Assembly: GCA_020848255.1 (NCBI GenBank)
Contig: JADLAJ010000089.1
Location: forward strand, 1 to 43,833
DNA from: Chitinophagales bacterium
GTDB lineage: Bacteria; Bacteroidota; Bacteroidia; Chitinophagales; JADIYW01
Direction of reading: 5' to 3'
DNA: 43,833 bases
Of this stretch, positions 25,525-37,146 are shown one piece after another. Position 1 is the first letter of the stretch, and each line of letters opens with the position of its first letter. Under the pieces are notes generated by a model. The model was not told where the DNA came from. It was given only the letters and a program-made list of their open reading frames with translations, and ran no database searches. A program made the translations under genes and the position numbers.

Positions 25525-26816
25525 AAAAACTAAAATTACCAAAGAAGCCTTATACTGGCATGAAAGTATATTGCAATATCTGCAAGAAAGATAACGCAGG
25601 TTGTTCACATTATGACGAACAGAATTATAGAATCAGAATTCACGTCCCTAATACAAAGAATAGAGTTAAAGTAAAAATCTTTGATACTGACGATTACAAT
25701 GATGCCGTCGTACAAGCAATTGAATTTAAAAAACAACTTAATGCCACGAATTATACTCGCATAAAGGTCACAACGGACGGCAATGATTATTCATTAGCTG
25801 GTGCGCTATTAAAGTATAAAAATTACCTTGAAGGCAACCATGAATTAGAGCAAAATAAGAAGTCGGTCTCTAAAGGTCATATAAATGAATCTCTAAGATT
25901 CTGTAAGTTTTTTGCTGGAGTAATTAGTGAAAGAATAAACATACACAATATAAGAGTGATGGATATAGATAAATATGATGTATCTGATTTTTATAAGGCA
26001 TTAAAGAAAAAGAAGTATGAAGGGAAAACATTCAATAAGTGTTTGGCAGCATTGAAAAGGTTTTTTAAATACCTAATAGATGTAGAAGAGATTGATATGA
26101 AAAACCCGTTTGCAGAATATGAATCTAAATCTGTTGCTAAGAAGAATATTATCTCCATCTCAAAAGAAGAATTTTTAAGTATCATTAATGCTGTTGATAC
26201 AGCAAGTCCGTATCAACAATTAGGTGGCAAGGGTGAGGTTAAAAACATGTATAAAGACTATCTAAAGATTGGATTTTGGCTGTGTCTATATACTGGTGGC
26301 AGACGAGAAGAAGTCGTCAACTTGAAATGGAATGATATGGTAATGACAATAAGCGGAAACCTATCGTTTGAAGTCCATAATCTAAAAGTCAATAGAAGGA
26401 ATAATAACGATGATGCTAAGAAATACTTTCCAATATATCCTGATTTTGCCAATCTATTGTATGAATTAGGTTATCCTGATAAAATCAATCGCAACGGATA
26501 TATTCTACATCCTGAAAGAGTGGAATCGGCGCAAACTATAATGGATGCCTTGTCAAAAGCATTTACACATTATAGAATTGCAGCAGGTATTAAAAGAGAT
26601 ATTAGTTTGAGTACACTACGAAAAACATTCATAAGTTGGTTAAATGAAGCTGTCGGCGTAGAAACTGGCTTGTTAACTTCACACACTACCGAAGATGTAT
26701 TAAAAAATCATTATATAGATTCTCAAATTGCATCTGCGATTGATAAAGCAACACATAATGTTAGAATTTTTGGTAAAGATGATTTAGATAAACCTCACTC
26801 CGCATCCTCACTCTAA
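25521..26816 (+). CDS. site-specific tyrosine integrase
   Basis: 431 aa ORF with GGRREEVVNLKWND (Arg), LRKTFISWL and HTTEDVLKNHY (His, Tyr). It lies 70 nt from the tRNA 3' end. Confidence 0.85.
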   Translation: MKKLKLPKKPYTGMKVYCNICKKDNAGCSHYDEQNYRIRIHVPNTKNRVKVKIFDTDDYNDAVVQAIEFKKQLNATNYTRIKVTTDGNDYSLAGALLKYKNYLEGNHELEQNKKSVSKGHINESLRFCKFFAGVISERINIHNIRVMDIDKYDVSDFYKALKKKKYEGKTFNKCLAALKRFFKYLIDVEEIDMKNPFAEYESKSVAKKNIISISKEEFLSIINAVDTASPYQQLGGKGEVKNMYKDYLKIGFWLCLYTGGRREEVVNLKWNDMVMTISGNLSFEVHNLKVNRRNNNDDAKKYFPIYPDFANLLYELGYPDKINRNGYILHPERVESAQTIMDALSKAFTHYRIAAGIKRDISLSTLRKTFISWLNEAVGVETGLLTSHTTEDVLKNHYIDSQIASAIDKATHNVRIFGKDDLDKPHSASSL

Positions 26817-26885
26817 AAATTAGCATTTCGTGCAAAAAAAACACTAAAAAGAAAAACCCTCTGATAATCAGAGGGTTTCTTAAAG

Positions 26886-26959
26886 TAGCGAGAAGGAGAA
26901 TTGAACTCCTGACCTCAGGGTTATGAATCCTGCGCTCTAACCATCTGAGCTACCTCGCC
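26886..26959 (-). tRNA. tRNA-Met (anticodon CAU; an Ile2/lysidine identity cannot be excluded)
   Basis: Manual cloverleaf: GGCGAGG-TA-GCTC-AGATGGTTA-GAGC-G-CAGGA-TTCATAA-CCCTG-AGGTC-AGGAG-TTCAATT-CTCCT-TCTCGCT-A. CCA is not encoded. Confidence 0.9.
26910..26927. repeat. attR core (18 bp, tgacctcagggttatgaa)
   Basis: Identical to 4021..4038. Confidence 0.9.
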
Positions 26960-27066
26960 ATAATTTGAGGTGCAAAAGTACTATTTTAAATTTAAATTGA
27001 AAGTATTTTTTAAAATTCTACTGTCAAATTAAGTTTACATTTTCATAAAAATCATACTTCTGAATT

Positions 27067-27106
27067 ATAAAAAAAGCCTCTCCAATGGAGAGGCCTCTGT
27101 TTTTTG
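27067..27106 (-). terminator. rho-independent (bidirectional-looking) terminator
   Basis: gcctctcc-aat-ggagaggc hairpin flanked by an A-run on one side and a T-run on the other, just downstream of the gene ending at 27118. Confidence 0.6.
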
Positions 27107-27117
27107 CTATTCGAAGA

Positions 27118-27396
27118 TTATTTCTTCACAGCATCTTTAGCAGCATCAGCAGCTTTGTCTACTGCAGCTTTACCAGCTTCAGCAGCCTTGTCTACCGCAC
27201 CAGCAGCAGCGTCAACAGCAGCACCTGCAGCAGCAGAAACACTGTCAGTAGCAGCAGTAGCAGCTTCAGTTACAGCTTCTGTAGCTTCAGTTGCAGTTTC
27301 AGTAGCAGCTTCAGTTGTTTCTTCAGCTGTTTGTTTGCAAGCTTGAACACCTACGAAAAGTGTTGCAGCTGCGAATAATACGAATAATTTTTTCAT
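27118..27396 (-). CDS. small Ala/Thr/Glu-rich lipoprotein
   Basis: MKKLFVLFAAATLFVGVQAC lipobox followed by low-complexity repeats (TEAATETATEATEAVTEAATAAT, AAVDKAA). Start chosen at the internal MKKLF. Confidence 0.6.
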   Translation of the reverse strand: MKKLFVLFAAATLFVGVQACKQTAEETTEAATETATEATEAVTEAATAATDSVSAAAGAAVDAAAGAVDKAAEAGKAAVDKAADAAKDAVKK

Positions 27397-27480
27397 TTTA
27401 AATTGGTTTAATTGGGTCAAAAATAAATCATTTTTAAAAAATACCAATAGTTTAAGTGTTAAAATTTGTCAACAATGGTG

Positions 27481-27510
27481 AAAATAAAAAAGTCCCGATA
27501 AATCGGGACT
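27481..27510 (-). terminator. rho-independent terminator
   Basis: agtcccg...cgggact hairpin followed, on the minus strand, by ttttttatttt. It lies downstream of the gene ending at 27535. Confidence 0.55.
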
Positions 27511-27534
27511 TTATAATTCTGTACTGGTACCGAA

Positions 27535-27726
27535 TTATTTTGCAACAGCAGCTGAATCAGCAGCAGGTGCAACAACAGCAGCTGAATCTACAACAGCAGT
27601 TGAATCTGTAACAACTTCAGTTGTTACTTCAGTAGCTTCTTCAGTAGCAGCTTCTTCTTTTTGTTTGCAAGCCTGAACACCTACGAAAAGTGTAGCAGCA
27701 GCGAATAATACGAATAATTTTTTCAT
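27535..27726 (-). CDS. small Ala/Thr/Glu/Val-rich lipoprotein (paralog of 27118..27396)
   Basis: Identical signal/lipobox MKKLFVLFAAATLFVGVQACKQ and a nearly identical 5' leader. Confidence 0.6.
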   Translation of the reverse strand: MKKLFVLFAAATLFVGVQACKQKEEAATEEATEVTTEVVTDSTAVVDSAAVVAPAADSAAVAK

Positions 27727-27822
27727 TTTAATTGGTTTAATTAAGTGCAAAGATAAGCTAATCATTTAGATTTATCATTAATCCAATTTTAATAAATCTA
27801 TACCTAACTGTTGATAAATCTG

Positions 27823-29337
<1,515 letters not shown>

Positions 29338-29376
29338 CTAAATATAAAAAAGAATATTTATGCATAATTAAAAAGT

Positions 29377-29412
29377 TAAAAATAAAAAAAGTCTCACCAT
29401 TTGGCAAGACTT
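29377..29412 (-). terminator. rho-independent terminator
   Basis: On the minus strand, aagtcttgcc-aaat-ggtgagactt followed by tttttttattttt. It lies downstream of the OMP gene. Confidence 0.55.
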
Positions 29413-29432
29413 CGTTATTTTCAACCGATTAT

Positions 29433-30044
29433 TTAAAACTTAAACGCTAAACCAATCTTAGCGTAAGATCCTTCACAATAGCCAGCTTCTATGTTAGCAC
29501 CGATATGTTCTACAAAATAATACGTCATACCAATACCGGAACCAACGATAGCACCACCTTTAAATTTCTGAAACTCTGCCAGTGAACTTCCTTTGCTTTT
29601 CAAACGAAATCCTCCTCCAACAGCTAAGGGAATGTATACATCGAATTTATCTGCGTCGAGTTTGGTATTGCCTTTTTCAGAAATCAACTGATATAAATGG
29701 AATACACCCCGCATTCCCACTCCAAAACTTCTGTATTTCAAATCAAATAATACACTGCTGGAATCTTTGGTATAGGATCTTCCCGAAAAAGTAAACCAAC
29801 CGCCTATACTGAAATATGGGCTTGCTGCATAATCCATATTCATCGTCACTCCGGGAATAAAGCCAAATTTTTCAAATTTACCTTTGGTTCCGTTAAATGC
29901 CTTCAGTTCATACACAGGAATAAAACTATGGTGCCCTAAATTGGTCGTCAGATTTACATGAAAATCTCCTTTTTCCACAGCTTTTACCTGCTGTGCCTGA
30001 GCAAAAACAATAAAAACGATGATAAATTTTACTAAATGTTTCAT
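29433..30044 (-). CDS. outer membrane beta-barrel protein
   Basis: Signal peptide, alternating hydrophobic beta-strand pattern, and a C-terminal GLAFKF. Confidence 0.6.
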   Translation of the reverse strand: MKHLVKFIIVFIVFAQAQQVKAVEKGDFHVNLTTNLGHHSFIPVYELKAFNGTKGKFEKFGFIPGVTMNMDYAASPYFSIGGWFTFSGRSYTKDSSSVLFDLKYRSFGVGMRGVFHLYQLISEKGNTKLDADKFDVYIPLAVGGGFRLKSKGSSLAEFQKFKGGAIVGSGIGMTYYFVEHIGANIEAGYCEGSYAKIGLAFKF

Positions 30045-30074
30045 ACTGTCTGAATTAATTATGGTGTAAAAGTA

Positions 30075-32177
30075 TCAAATATTTCCATTGTATTTACGAA
30101 TAAACCATTCACTTATCAACAGTAACAGAATGATAAAAAACAACCATTTCATGTCAATCAGAGGGCGTGTACTAAAAGTATCATACAGAATGGATTTTAT
30201 AGTAGCATTTTTTTCTATATCATCCGCGATGCCGGACATCGTTGCCGGAGTGTACGATTTTCCTCCGGATTGTGTGGAGATGATGTTCAATAACTGATGA
30301 TTTGCCTGTGTATTCAATGTCTCAATAATTACCGGGCGAACAGAGAAATTGCTCGTTGCCGCATTCGCTTTTCCTTTGTAGGTAGCTTTTGCATTGATAG
30401 TATAATTCCCTACCGGCAAAACTCCTGCATTTAAGGTATATGCGTTAATCGTTTTATCAAAAGTATAGGCATACTCTTTGCCATTGTCGCCTTTTACCAC
30501 ACAGTTGGCATCCACATCGTTCACCAGTTCATAACTTTCGTTATACAATTCTGCATCTATCTGTATCGCTTCGTTGGCATTAAATACATTCTTCGGGGTA
30601 TGTACGCGGAAACGGCGCTTATCTCCTTTTACGGTTAAATACTGTATGCACTTGTTAATGATTTCATCGGTAGCATCAAATTTTTTGGTTTGAGCAAATT
30701 CTGTCAATCGCCAGCGCCAGATACCTTCGCCACATATGATTCCTGTTTTTTTCCCGTTTACTTCATTAAATGCAATCAACGGATTTCCGGTTGGAACTGA
30801 GCCAATCTTCTGTTTGTAAAAAATATCCAATGTGGTGGCAATCAGGTATTTTCCAAAAGGTGCCAGCAATGGCGGTAAGGTTTGAATGGTTTTATCTGCG
30901 GTTTCACTAAGTGTAAACTTGGAGAACGCAGGATTGTAAATCGGATAAACGTCATTACCATTCAGCGACGAACCCGTTACCTGTAAAATTTGCTGTAAAC
31001 TATTGTACTGAGCCAGGTTGGTATTGGCAGAAAGCACAAAAAATAAAGGCGTACCGGATGCAATGATCTCCGAAATCAAATTAATTTTTGCGGCTGCTCC
31101 GTTGGATGGCAATCCATGCAGAATAATTAAATCATCCTCTTTATAATTGCCGTTATAGTTTTTAATATCTGCTTCTTCAAACTGATAGTTTTTGTTTTGT
31201 TCGATGGCATTTCTGAATGCCTTCACATCAGGGTGCGGGGCATCGTAGAGCATCAGCACTTTCTGACGTCCGTCTATCACCTCCACATAAGCTATGTCAT
31301 AATTATTTTCAGTAATCGTTTCGCCGGCTAGTGTTTTCAGTTTTATTCTGTACTGCAACACACCCGGTTTCAGGGCATCACCCACGGCATCTGTCTGAAA
31401 AGTAAATCTGTCCTCTGTGATACTGATAACTTTATTTAAAATCACTTTTCCGTCCGGTGCCGTAATTTCCAGCACGGTACTTTGCCCCTGCAGGTGGTTG
31501 GCTTCTATCTGCACATTGATGGTAAACTGATCACCGAGGTAGACGATTTCCGGGTAGCGCACGCTTTTTATGAGTGCATCTTTTTTGATGGAAGTATCAC
31601 CGAGTGCGATGGTATAAAACGGAATGCTTAATGCATTTCTATTGTACAACGGAGAATTTCCTTTGTTGAAAATTCCGTCGGATGCCAAAATAAGCGCGCC
31701 GATATTTTGTGAGCCATGTCGGGTAAAAACTTCATCTATGGCGTTGGAAATATCGGTTTCTTTTTCCGTATAAGCGGGCGATTTAAAATCTGTTAATGCA
31801 TCACCGAAATTATAAGAAACCAGTTCATATTTATCTTTTATTTTTTCCTGCAGTGTCTGTAATTGCTGCGCATACTTTTCTTTGGAGAAATTCCCAAATG
31901 ATACATTTAGTGAAGAAGAATTGTCCTGCAATAACAGTATAATAGGTTTTTCCTCTTCCGTTCTTTTCGTTTTGATTAATAAAGACAACAATAAAAAAGC
32001 AATCAAACTGGTGGATAAAAACCGCAGGAATGCCAATCCATATCGCCACCATTTATGTTCATTTTCAGAGAAAACAAACTTCTTTCTGCCATATAAAATA
32101 TAGGCAAATAAAATACCTGTTGCTATACAAAACAGCAAAAACCACCAGGGATATTCGAGCATGAAAGATGTTTTCAT
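30075..32177 (-). CDS. membrane-anchored VWA-like domain protein
   Basis: 700 aa ORF with two N-terminal TM helices, ILLLQDNSSSL (VWA MIDAS-like DxSxS) and a C-terminal TM (WLFFIILLLLISEWFIRK). Confidence 0.5.
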   Translation of the reverse strand: MKTSFMLEYPWWFLLFCIATGILFAYILYGRKKFVFSENEHKWWRYGLAFLRFLSTSLIAFLLLSLLIKTKRTEEEKPIILLLQDNSSSLNVSFGNFSKEKYAQQLQTLQEKIKDKYELVSYNFGDALTDFKSPAYTEKETDISNAIDEVFTRHGSQNIGALILASDGIFNKGNSPLYNRNALSIPFYTIALGDTSIKKDALIKSVRYPEIVYLGDQFTINVQIEANHLQGQSTVLEITAPDGKVILNKVISITEDRFTFQTDAVGDALKPGVLQYRIKLKTLAGETITENNYDIAYVEVIDGRQKVLMLYDAPHPDVKAFRNAIEQNKNYQFEEADIKNYNGNYKEDDLIILHGLPSNGAAAKINLISEIIASGTPLFFVLSANTNLAQYNSLQQILQVTGSSLNGNDVYPIYNPAFSKFTLSETADKTIQTLPPLLAPFGKYLIATTLDIFYKQKIGSVPTGNPLIAFNEVNGKKTGIICGEGIWRWRLTEFAQTKKFDATDEIINKCIQYLTVKGDKRRFRVHTPKNVFNANEAIQIDAELYNESYELVNDVDANCVVKGDNGKEYAYTFDKTINAYTLNAGVLPVGNYTINAKATYKGKANAATSNFSVRPVIIETLNTQANHQLLNIISTQSGGKSYTPATMSGIADDIEKNATIKSILYDTFSTRPLIDMKWLFFIILLLLISEWFIRKYNGNI

Positions 32178-32325
32178 TTTAATATTTACCCTTATTCAGA
32201 ATAAAACAACGTATTTTATAAATTCTCTGCACAAAATAACGTAAAGAAATTGGGTAGCAAAGTTAATAAAACAAAAAAGCAGTTTGAAAATTCAATCTGC
32301 TCAATTGTTCATCTATCTGTGTGTA

Positions 32326-33198
32326 TTATTTTGCTAATGCTTCTGCTACGGTTTTACCGATAAATGCCGGTGAGTCTACGACATGAATACCGCATTCTGC
32401 CATAATTTTCATTTTAGCTGCCGCTGTATCATCTGCTCCGCCAACAATAGCACCTGCATGCCCCATTCTTCTGCCTTTCGGTGCTGTTTGTCCTGCGATG
32501 AAACCAATCACCGGTTTTCTTAAATTATCTTTTATCCAGCGTGCCGCATCTGTTTCCATGCTTCCGCCAATTTCACCAATCATAACAATAGCTTCTGTGT
32601 CGTCGTCGTTCATAAACATTTCCACCGCTTCTCTGGTAGAAGTGCCGATAATCGGGTCGCCGCCGATACCGATTGCTGTAGACACACCAAAACCGGCTTT
32701 TACCACCTGATCTGCTGCTTCATATGTCAATGTGCCTGATTTAGAAACGATACCGATTTTTCCTTTTTTGAATACAAAACCCGGCATGATACCGATTTTA
32801 GCTTCATCCGCTGTGATGATGCCCGGACAGTTTGGTCCTATCATTCGCACGCCATTATCTGTAACATATTTTTTTGCTTTAATCATATCCTGCACCGGAA
32901 TACCTTCCGTGATGGTTACAATTAGTTTAATACCTGCATCTGCTGCTTCCATGATAGCGTCTGCTGCAAAAGCCGGGGGAACAAAAATGATAGATACATC
33001 AGCGCCTGTTGCTTTAACCGCATTTTCAACGGTATTAAACACAGGTTTATCTAAATGGGTTGTACCCTCTTTGCCCGGAGTTACGCCACCTACTACATTG
33101 GTGCCGTATTCTATCATTTGTGTAGCGTGGAAAGTTCCTTCTTTTCCTGTAAAACCTTGTACGATTACTTTCGAGTTCTTATTTACTAAAATGCTCAT
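32326..33198 (-). CDS. sucD: succinate--CoA ligase subunit alpha
   Basis: 290 aa ORF with [23 protein letters not shown] and MGHAGAI (active-site His). Confidence 0.95.
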   Translation of the reverse strand: MSILVNKNSKVIVQGFTGKEGTFHATQMIEYGTNVVGGVTPGKEGTTHLDKPVFNTVENAVKATGADVSIIFVPPAFAADAIMEAADAGIKLIVTITEGIPVQDMIKAKKYVTDNGVRMIGPNCPGIITADEAKIGIMPGFVFKKGKIGIVSKSGTLTYEAADQVVKAGFGVSTAIGIGGDPIIGTSTREAVEMFMNDDDTEAIVMIGEIGGSMETDAARWIKDNLRKPVIGFIAGQTAPKGRRMGHAGAIVGGADDTAAAKMKIMAECGIHVVDSPAFIGKTVAEALAK

Positions 33199-33201
33199 AT
33201 T

Positions 33202-33984
33202 TTATTTGGATAATTTTGATATTAATCTATCGTGCCTTGCATCACGTGCTTCTTTTAAGAAATCGGATGCAAATATAAAATCTATCAGTTCTTTGTTATC
33301 TGATTCAAATAAAGAAACCTTGTCTCCTTCCCAGTGTTTGGAACCTTCATGCAGAAAAATAATTTTATCACCATTGGTAATTACACTGTTCATGTCATGT
33401 GTATTGGTAATAGTGGTGATTTGATATTCTTCCGTAATCTCCATGATTAATTCGTCGATTACAATAGATGTTTGCGGATCTAAACCGGAATTCGGCTCAT
33501 CGCAAAACAGGTATTTCGGATTCATTACGATGGCTCTTGCAATACCGGTACGTTTTTGCATACCGCCGGAAAGTTGTGAAGGGTATTTCGCATTGGCATT
33601 CACCAGATTTACGCGTTTCAATACTTCGTTTACTCTGTCTTTCTTTTCTGACATCGGCATTTTGGTAAACATATCGAGCGGGAAACGAACATTTTCCTCC
33701 ACTGTAAGTGAATCAAATAAGGCTCCACCCTGAAACAACATACCTAATTCACGGCGAATTTCATTCTTATCATTCATTCCCATCGCCACATAATCCTTGC
33801 CATCAAAAAATATATGCCCGTCTGTCGGGGTTAATAAACCCACTATGCATTTAAGCAAAACGGTTTTTCCCGACCCACTCTTTCCGATAATTAAATTATT
33901 CTTTCCTGCTTCAAAGAGTACAGAAATCCCCTTCAACACTTCCTGTGTTCCAAAAGCTTTTCGTACATCTTTTACTTCAATCAT
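33202..33984 (-). CDS. ABC transporter ATP-binding protein (MlaF-like)
   Basis: Walker A GKSGSGKT, signature LSGGMQKR and Walker B LFCDEP. Adjacent to an MlaE-like permease. Confidence 0.85.
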   Translation of the reverse strand: MIEVKDVRKAFGTQEVLKGISVLFEAGKNNLIIGKSGSGKTVLLKCIVGLLTPTDGHIFFDGKDYVAMGMNDKNEIRRELGMLFQGGALFDSLTVEENVRFPLDMFTKMPMSEKKDRVNEVLKRVNLVNANAKYPSQLSGGMQKRTGIARAIVMNPKYLFCDEPNSGLDPQTSIVIDELIMEITEEYQITTITNTHDMNSVITNGDKIIFLHEGSKHWEGDKVSLFESDNKELIDFIFASDFLKEARDARHDRLISKLSK

Positions 33985-33997
33985 TCTTTACTATCTT

Positions 33998-34762
33998 TTA
34001 ATTTAACAACAACCAGGCTAACACGAAATCTGCGATTAACACCATAATACTGCTTAACACCACTGCTTTGGTACTGGCTTTTCCTATTTCAATAGAACTA
34101 CCGTAGGCATAAAAGCCCTGATAGCAGGAAATGGAAGTCAGCAAAAACCCGAAAACAGCTGCTTTGGTCAGCATGATGTAAATATTCTTCGCCACGAAAT
34201 TCATTAATATACCTTGTGTAAAATCAACGCTGGAAACATATCCTGTTAAATCACCTGCTACTAAACCGCCAAAAATACCGGTTATTGCAGAGATAACAAC
34301 CAGTATAGGAATCATAGTAACCGCAGCTGCCAGCTTAGGACCAATCAGGTAAGAAATGGTATTCACGCCCATTATTTCCAAAGCATCGATTTGTTCTGTC
34401 AAACGCATGGTGCCCAATTCAGAAGAAAGGTTAGAGCCTACTTTACCGGCTAAAATCAAACCGGAGATGGTTGGAGCCAATTCAAGAATCAGGGATTCTT
34501 TCACCACATAACCCACGTAATACATCGGCACCATGGAGCCCGAAAGGTTGTAGGCAAACTGCACCGCAGAAACCGCACCAATAAAAAATGAAATCAGAAT
34601 GATAATCATCACAGAACCCACACCGATATTAGACATCTGACGCAAGGTTTCTTTCCAGTACATAGCAGCTCGTTCCGGTCTTGTGAAACAGCGTTTTATC
34701 ATCAGTATGTATCTACCAATGTGAAATATCGGACCTCCGGAAGCATGAATGTATTCTGCCAT
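33998..34762 (-). CDS. MlaE-family ABC transporter permease
   Basis: 254 aa ORF, multi-TM, with the MlaE-like ELGTMRLTEQIDALEIMGVN. Confidence 0.85.
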   Translation of the reverse strand: MAEYIHASGGPIFHIGRYILMIKRCFTRPERAAMYWKETLRQMSNIGVGSVMIIILISFFIGAVSAVQFAYNLSGSMVPMYYVGYVVKESLILELAPTISGLILAGKVGSNLSSELGTMRLTEQIDALEIMGVNTISYLIGPKLAAAVTMIPILVVISAITGIFGGLVAGDLTGYVSSVDFTQGILMNFVAKNIYIMLTKAAVFGFLLTSISCYQGFYAYGSSIEIGKASTKAVVLSSIMVLIADFVLAWLLLN

Positions 34763-34912
34763 GAATGTTTTCCCTTTTTTAAAAGTGGTAAAAATAGTCT
34801 ATTTTTAGTAATTAGTAAAAAGTAAAAGCCAAAAGCCAAAAGAATTTATAATTTTATGACATTAACAAAGCCAGTTTCCAGGGCTTTGATAAAAAAAAAG
34901 CGACAAACAGAT

Positions 34913-35596
34913 ATGAATATTGTAATTACAGGTGCCAGCAGAGGAATCGGAAAGGCTATTGCGGAGAAGTTTGCCGCTGCCGGCCATCAGGTAATCGTCT
35001 GCTCCAGAGATGAACAAAAACTGAGTGAACTGAAAAAACAGCATGCTGGTATTATTACTTTTTCTTGTGATGTGTCTAAAAAAGAAGAAATTCAACGATT
35101 CGGCGACTTTATTCTCCAAACATTCGACAAAATAGATATTCTGGTTAATAATGCCGGTATCTTTTTGCCCGGAAAAATTACAGAAGAAGAAGACGGCATT
35201 TTAGAAAAAACGATAAATACCAACTTATACAGTGCATATTATCTGACTAAAAAATTAGCACCGAGATTTATTGAACAAAAAGACGGCTATATTTTCAATA
35301 TGTGTTCGGTAGCCAGTATGAAAGCTTATGAAAACGGCGGCAGTTATTCCATTTCAAAATTTGCTTTGCTGGGTTTTTCTAAAACACTGAGAGAAGAACT
35401 GAAACCGCACAATATAAAAGTAACTTCCATTTTGCCGGGCGCTACGCTTACAGATTCCTGGCAGGGAACAGATTTACCGGAAAGCAGATTCAGCAAAGCA
35501 GAAGATGTAGCGGAATTAGTTTATGCAGTTACTCAACTTAGCAAATTTTCAGTGGTAGAAGATATTGTAATTCGTCCGCAATTAGGCGATATCTAA
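34913..35596 (+). CDS. SDR family oxidoreductase
   Basis: MNIVITGASRGIG (TGxxxGxG), NNAG and YSISK (YxxxK). Internal start preferred over the tracked 34856. Confidence 0.85.
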   Translation: MNIVITGASRGIGKAIAEKFAAAGHQVIVCSRDEQKLSELKKQHAGIITFSCDVSKKEEIQRFGDFILQTFDKIDILVNNAGIFLPGKITEEEDGILEKTINTNLYSAYYLTKKLAPRFIEQKDGYIFNMCSVASMKAYENGGSYSISKFALLGFSKTLREELKPHNIKVTSILPGATLTDSWQGTDLPESRFSKAEDVAELVYAVTQLSKFSVVEDIVIRPQLGDI

Positions 35597-35636
35597 CATT
35601 TTCCGCATTTCAATTCATAATTACTAAATTTTCACA

Positions 35637-36482
35637 ATGACAAACAGAAGTATACATCAGGTAATTCCTGCACGCCTATACAACATGGGCGACTTAAAAG
35701 TGCGGCAGCCGCTGCCATCCGCAGAACTGGATTATTTTGATCCCTTTGTTTTGCTGCACCACGCACATACTTTCTTTGATGAAAATATTCCACTGCATCA
35801 AACGGGTGTGGGTCCTCATCCGCATCGTGGTTTTGCGCCGGTTACCTTTGTATTTAAAGGCGGCAGCCATCACCGCGACAGCAGAGGCAATGACGAAAAA
35901 GTAAGTGAAGGCGGCACGCAATGGATGCATGCAGGTATGGGCATTGTCCACAGTGAACGACCGCTGGCCTATGAAATGGAAATCATTCAGATGTGGATTA
36001 ATTCTCCTGCAAAAAACAAGAAGGAACAGCCATTTTATTTTCCGCTGAAAAAGGAAGATACGCCTGTTTATATGAATGATAACAATACGGTTACCGTTAA
36101 TATTATTTCTGGAAATTTGCATGATATCAAAGGACCGATTCCGACTTTATCCCCTATCAATTCATTTACGGTTTTTGGGAAACAAAACGGCAAAATCACC
36201 ATTCCGCTCCCGTCTTCACACAACGTATTTTTGTATTTACTGGATGGTCTTGTCAAAATAAATGAACGGGAAATCACCGGTAAGAACTTCATTCAGTTTA
36301 AAACGGATGGGGAAGCTATATCTATCGAATTCATAGAAGACACAAGATGCCTTTTGATGAGCGGCGAACCAATAGGTGAAAAAATAATTGCCCAAGGGCC
36401 GTTTGTCATGAACTCTGAAACGGAAATACTGGAAGCTTACCGTGATTACCAGATGGGCAAAATGGGCGTATTGATAGAATAA
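35637..36482 (+). CDS. pirin family protein
   Basis: 281 aa ORF with the GPHPHRGFAPVTFVF metal-binding motif and a two-cupin layout. Confidence 0.85.
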   Translation: MTNRSIHQVIPARLYNMGDLKVRQPLPSAELDYFDPFVLLHHAHTFFDENIPLHQTGVGPHPHRGFAPVTFVFKGGSHHRDSRGNDEKVSEGGTQWMHAGMGIVHSERPLAYEMEIIQMWINSPAKNKKEQPFYFPLKKEDTPVYMNDNNTVTVNIISGNLHDIKGPIPTLSPINSFTVFGKQNGKITIPLPSSHNVFLYLLDGLVKINEREITGKNFIQFKTDGEAISIEFIEDTRCLLMSGEPIGEKIIAQGPFVMNSETEILEAYRDYQMGKMGVLIE

Positions 36483-36509
36483 AAAAAGCACACGAAAATT
36501 CCGTGTGCT
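36481..36509 (-). terminator. rho-independent terminator of tpx
   Basis: On the minus strand, an agcacacg/cgtgtgct hairpin followed by ttttttt. Confidence 0.55.
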
Positions 36510-36531
36510 CTATATCTGCAAGATGAGATAA

Positions 36532-37023
36532 TTATTTCAGTGCAGCCAATGCCGCTTCATAGTTTGGTTCATTCACGGTTTCCGCTACTTGTTCTGTATA
36601 AATTACTTTTCCGTTTTCATCTGCAACAATTACACTTCTGCTTAACAACCCTTTTAAAGGTCCGTCGATAAATGTAATGTCATCAAATGCATTGCTTCTG
36701 AATGCCGATAAAGTTTCTACGTTTGAAATTCCTTCCGCACCGCAAAAACGGTTCAATGCAAAAGGTAAATCTTTAGAAATACACAAAACGGTTGTATTTT
36801 CCAGTTTAGATGCATCCACGTTAAAATGACGTACCGATGCCGCGCAGGTGCCGGTATCAATACTCGGGAAGATGTTTAAAACCAATCTTTTTCCTTCAAA
36901 ATCTCCCGGAGATTTTTCTGACAGGTTTGAAGCCACCAGACTAAAGCTTGCCAGTGAATCGCCTACTGCGGGTAAGCTTCCGTTTGTATGAATTTCGTTG
37001 CCTTTTAATGTTACAGTTGCCAT
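36532..37023 (-). CDS. tpx: thiol peroxidase
   Basis: [13 protein letters not shown] (peroxidatic Cys) and [16 protein letters not shown] (resolving Cys). Start chosen at MATVTLKG. Confidence 0.9.
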   Translation of the reverse strand: MATVTLKGNEIHTNGSLPAVGDSLASFSLVASNLSEKSPGDFEGKRLVLNIFPSIDTGTCAASVRHFNVDASKLENTTVLCISKDLPFALNRFCGAEGISNVETLSAFRSNAFDDITFIDGPLKGLLSRSVIVADENGKVIYTEQVAETVNEPNYEAALAALK

Positions 37024-37146
37024 AGCTATTTTTTTGTGCAAGATAAGATTTTATCGAAATTTTAACGCATAATATTTCAAATAGATTAGCTCTCCATTTG
37101 CTATAGAAAAAAATAATTATTAACTTAGATATCAAACCATATAGCT

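Larger units (their letters stand above)
4039..26909. mobile_element. tRNA-Met-integrated genomic island (about 22.9 kb) carrying heavy-metal resistance
   Basis: Bounded by 18-bp direct repeats derived from the tRNA, with an integrase and Xis-like gene at the tRNA-proximal end. It is visibly more AT-rich than the flanks and its cargo is accessory. Confidence 0.85.

Noticed and set aside
27085-27378. Plus-strand ORFs 27085..27378 and 27104..27346 (Ser/Ala-rich)
   Set aside because: They are mirror images of the low-complexity Ala/Thr/Glu repeats of the minus-strand lipoprotein gene. That gene has a proper signal peptide/lipobox and a terminator, whereas these ORFs have no start context.
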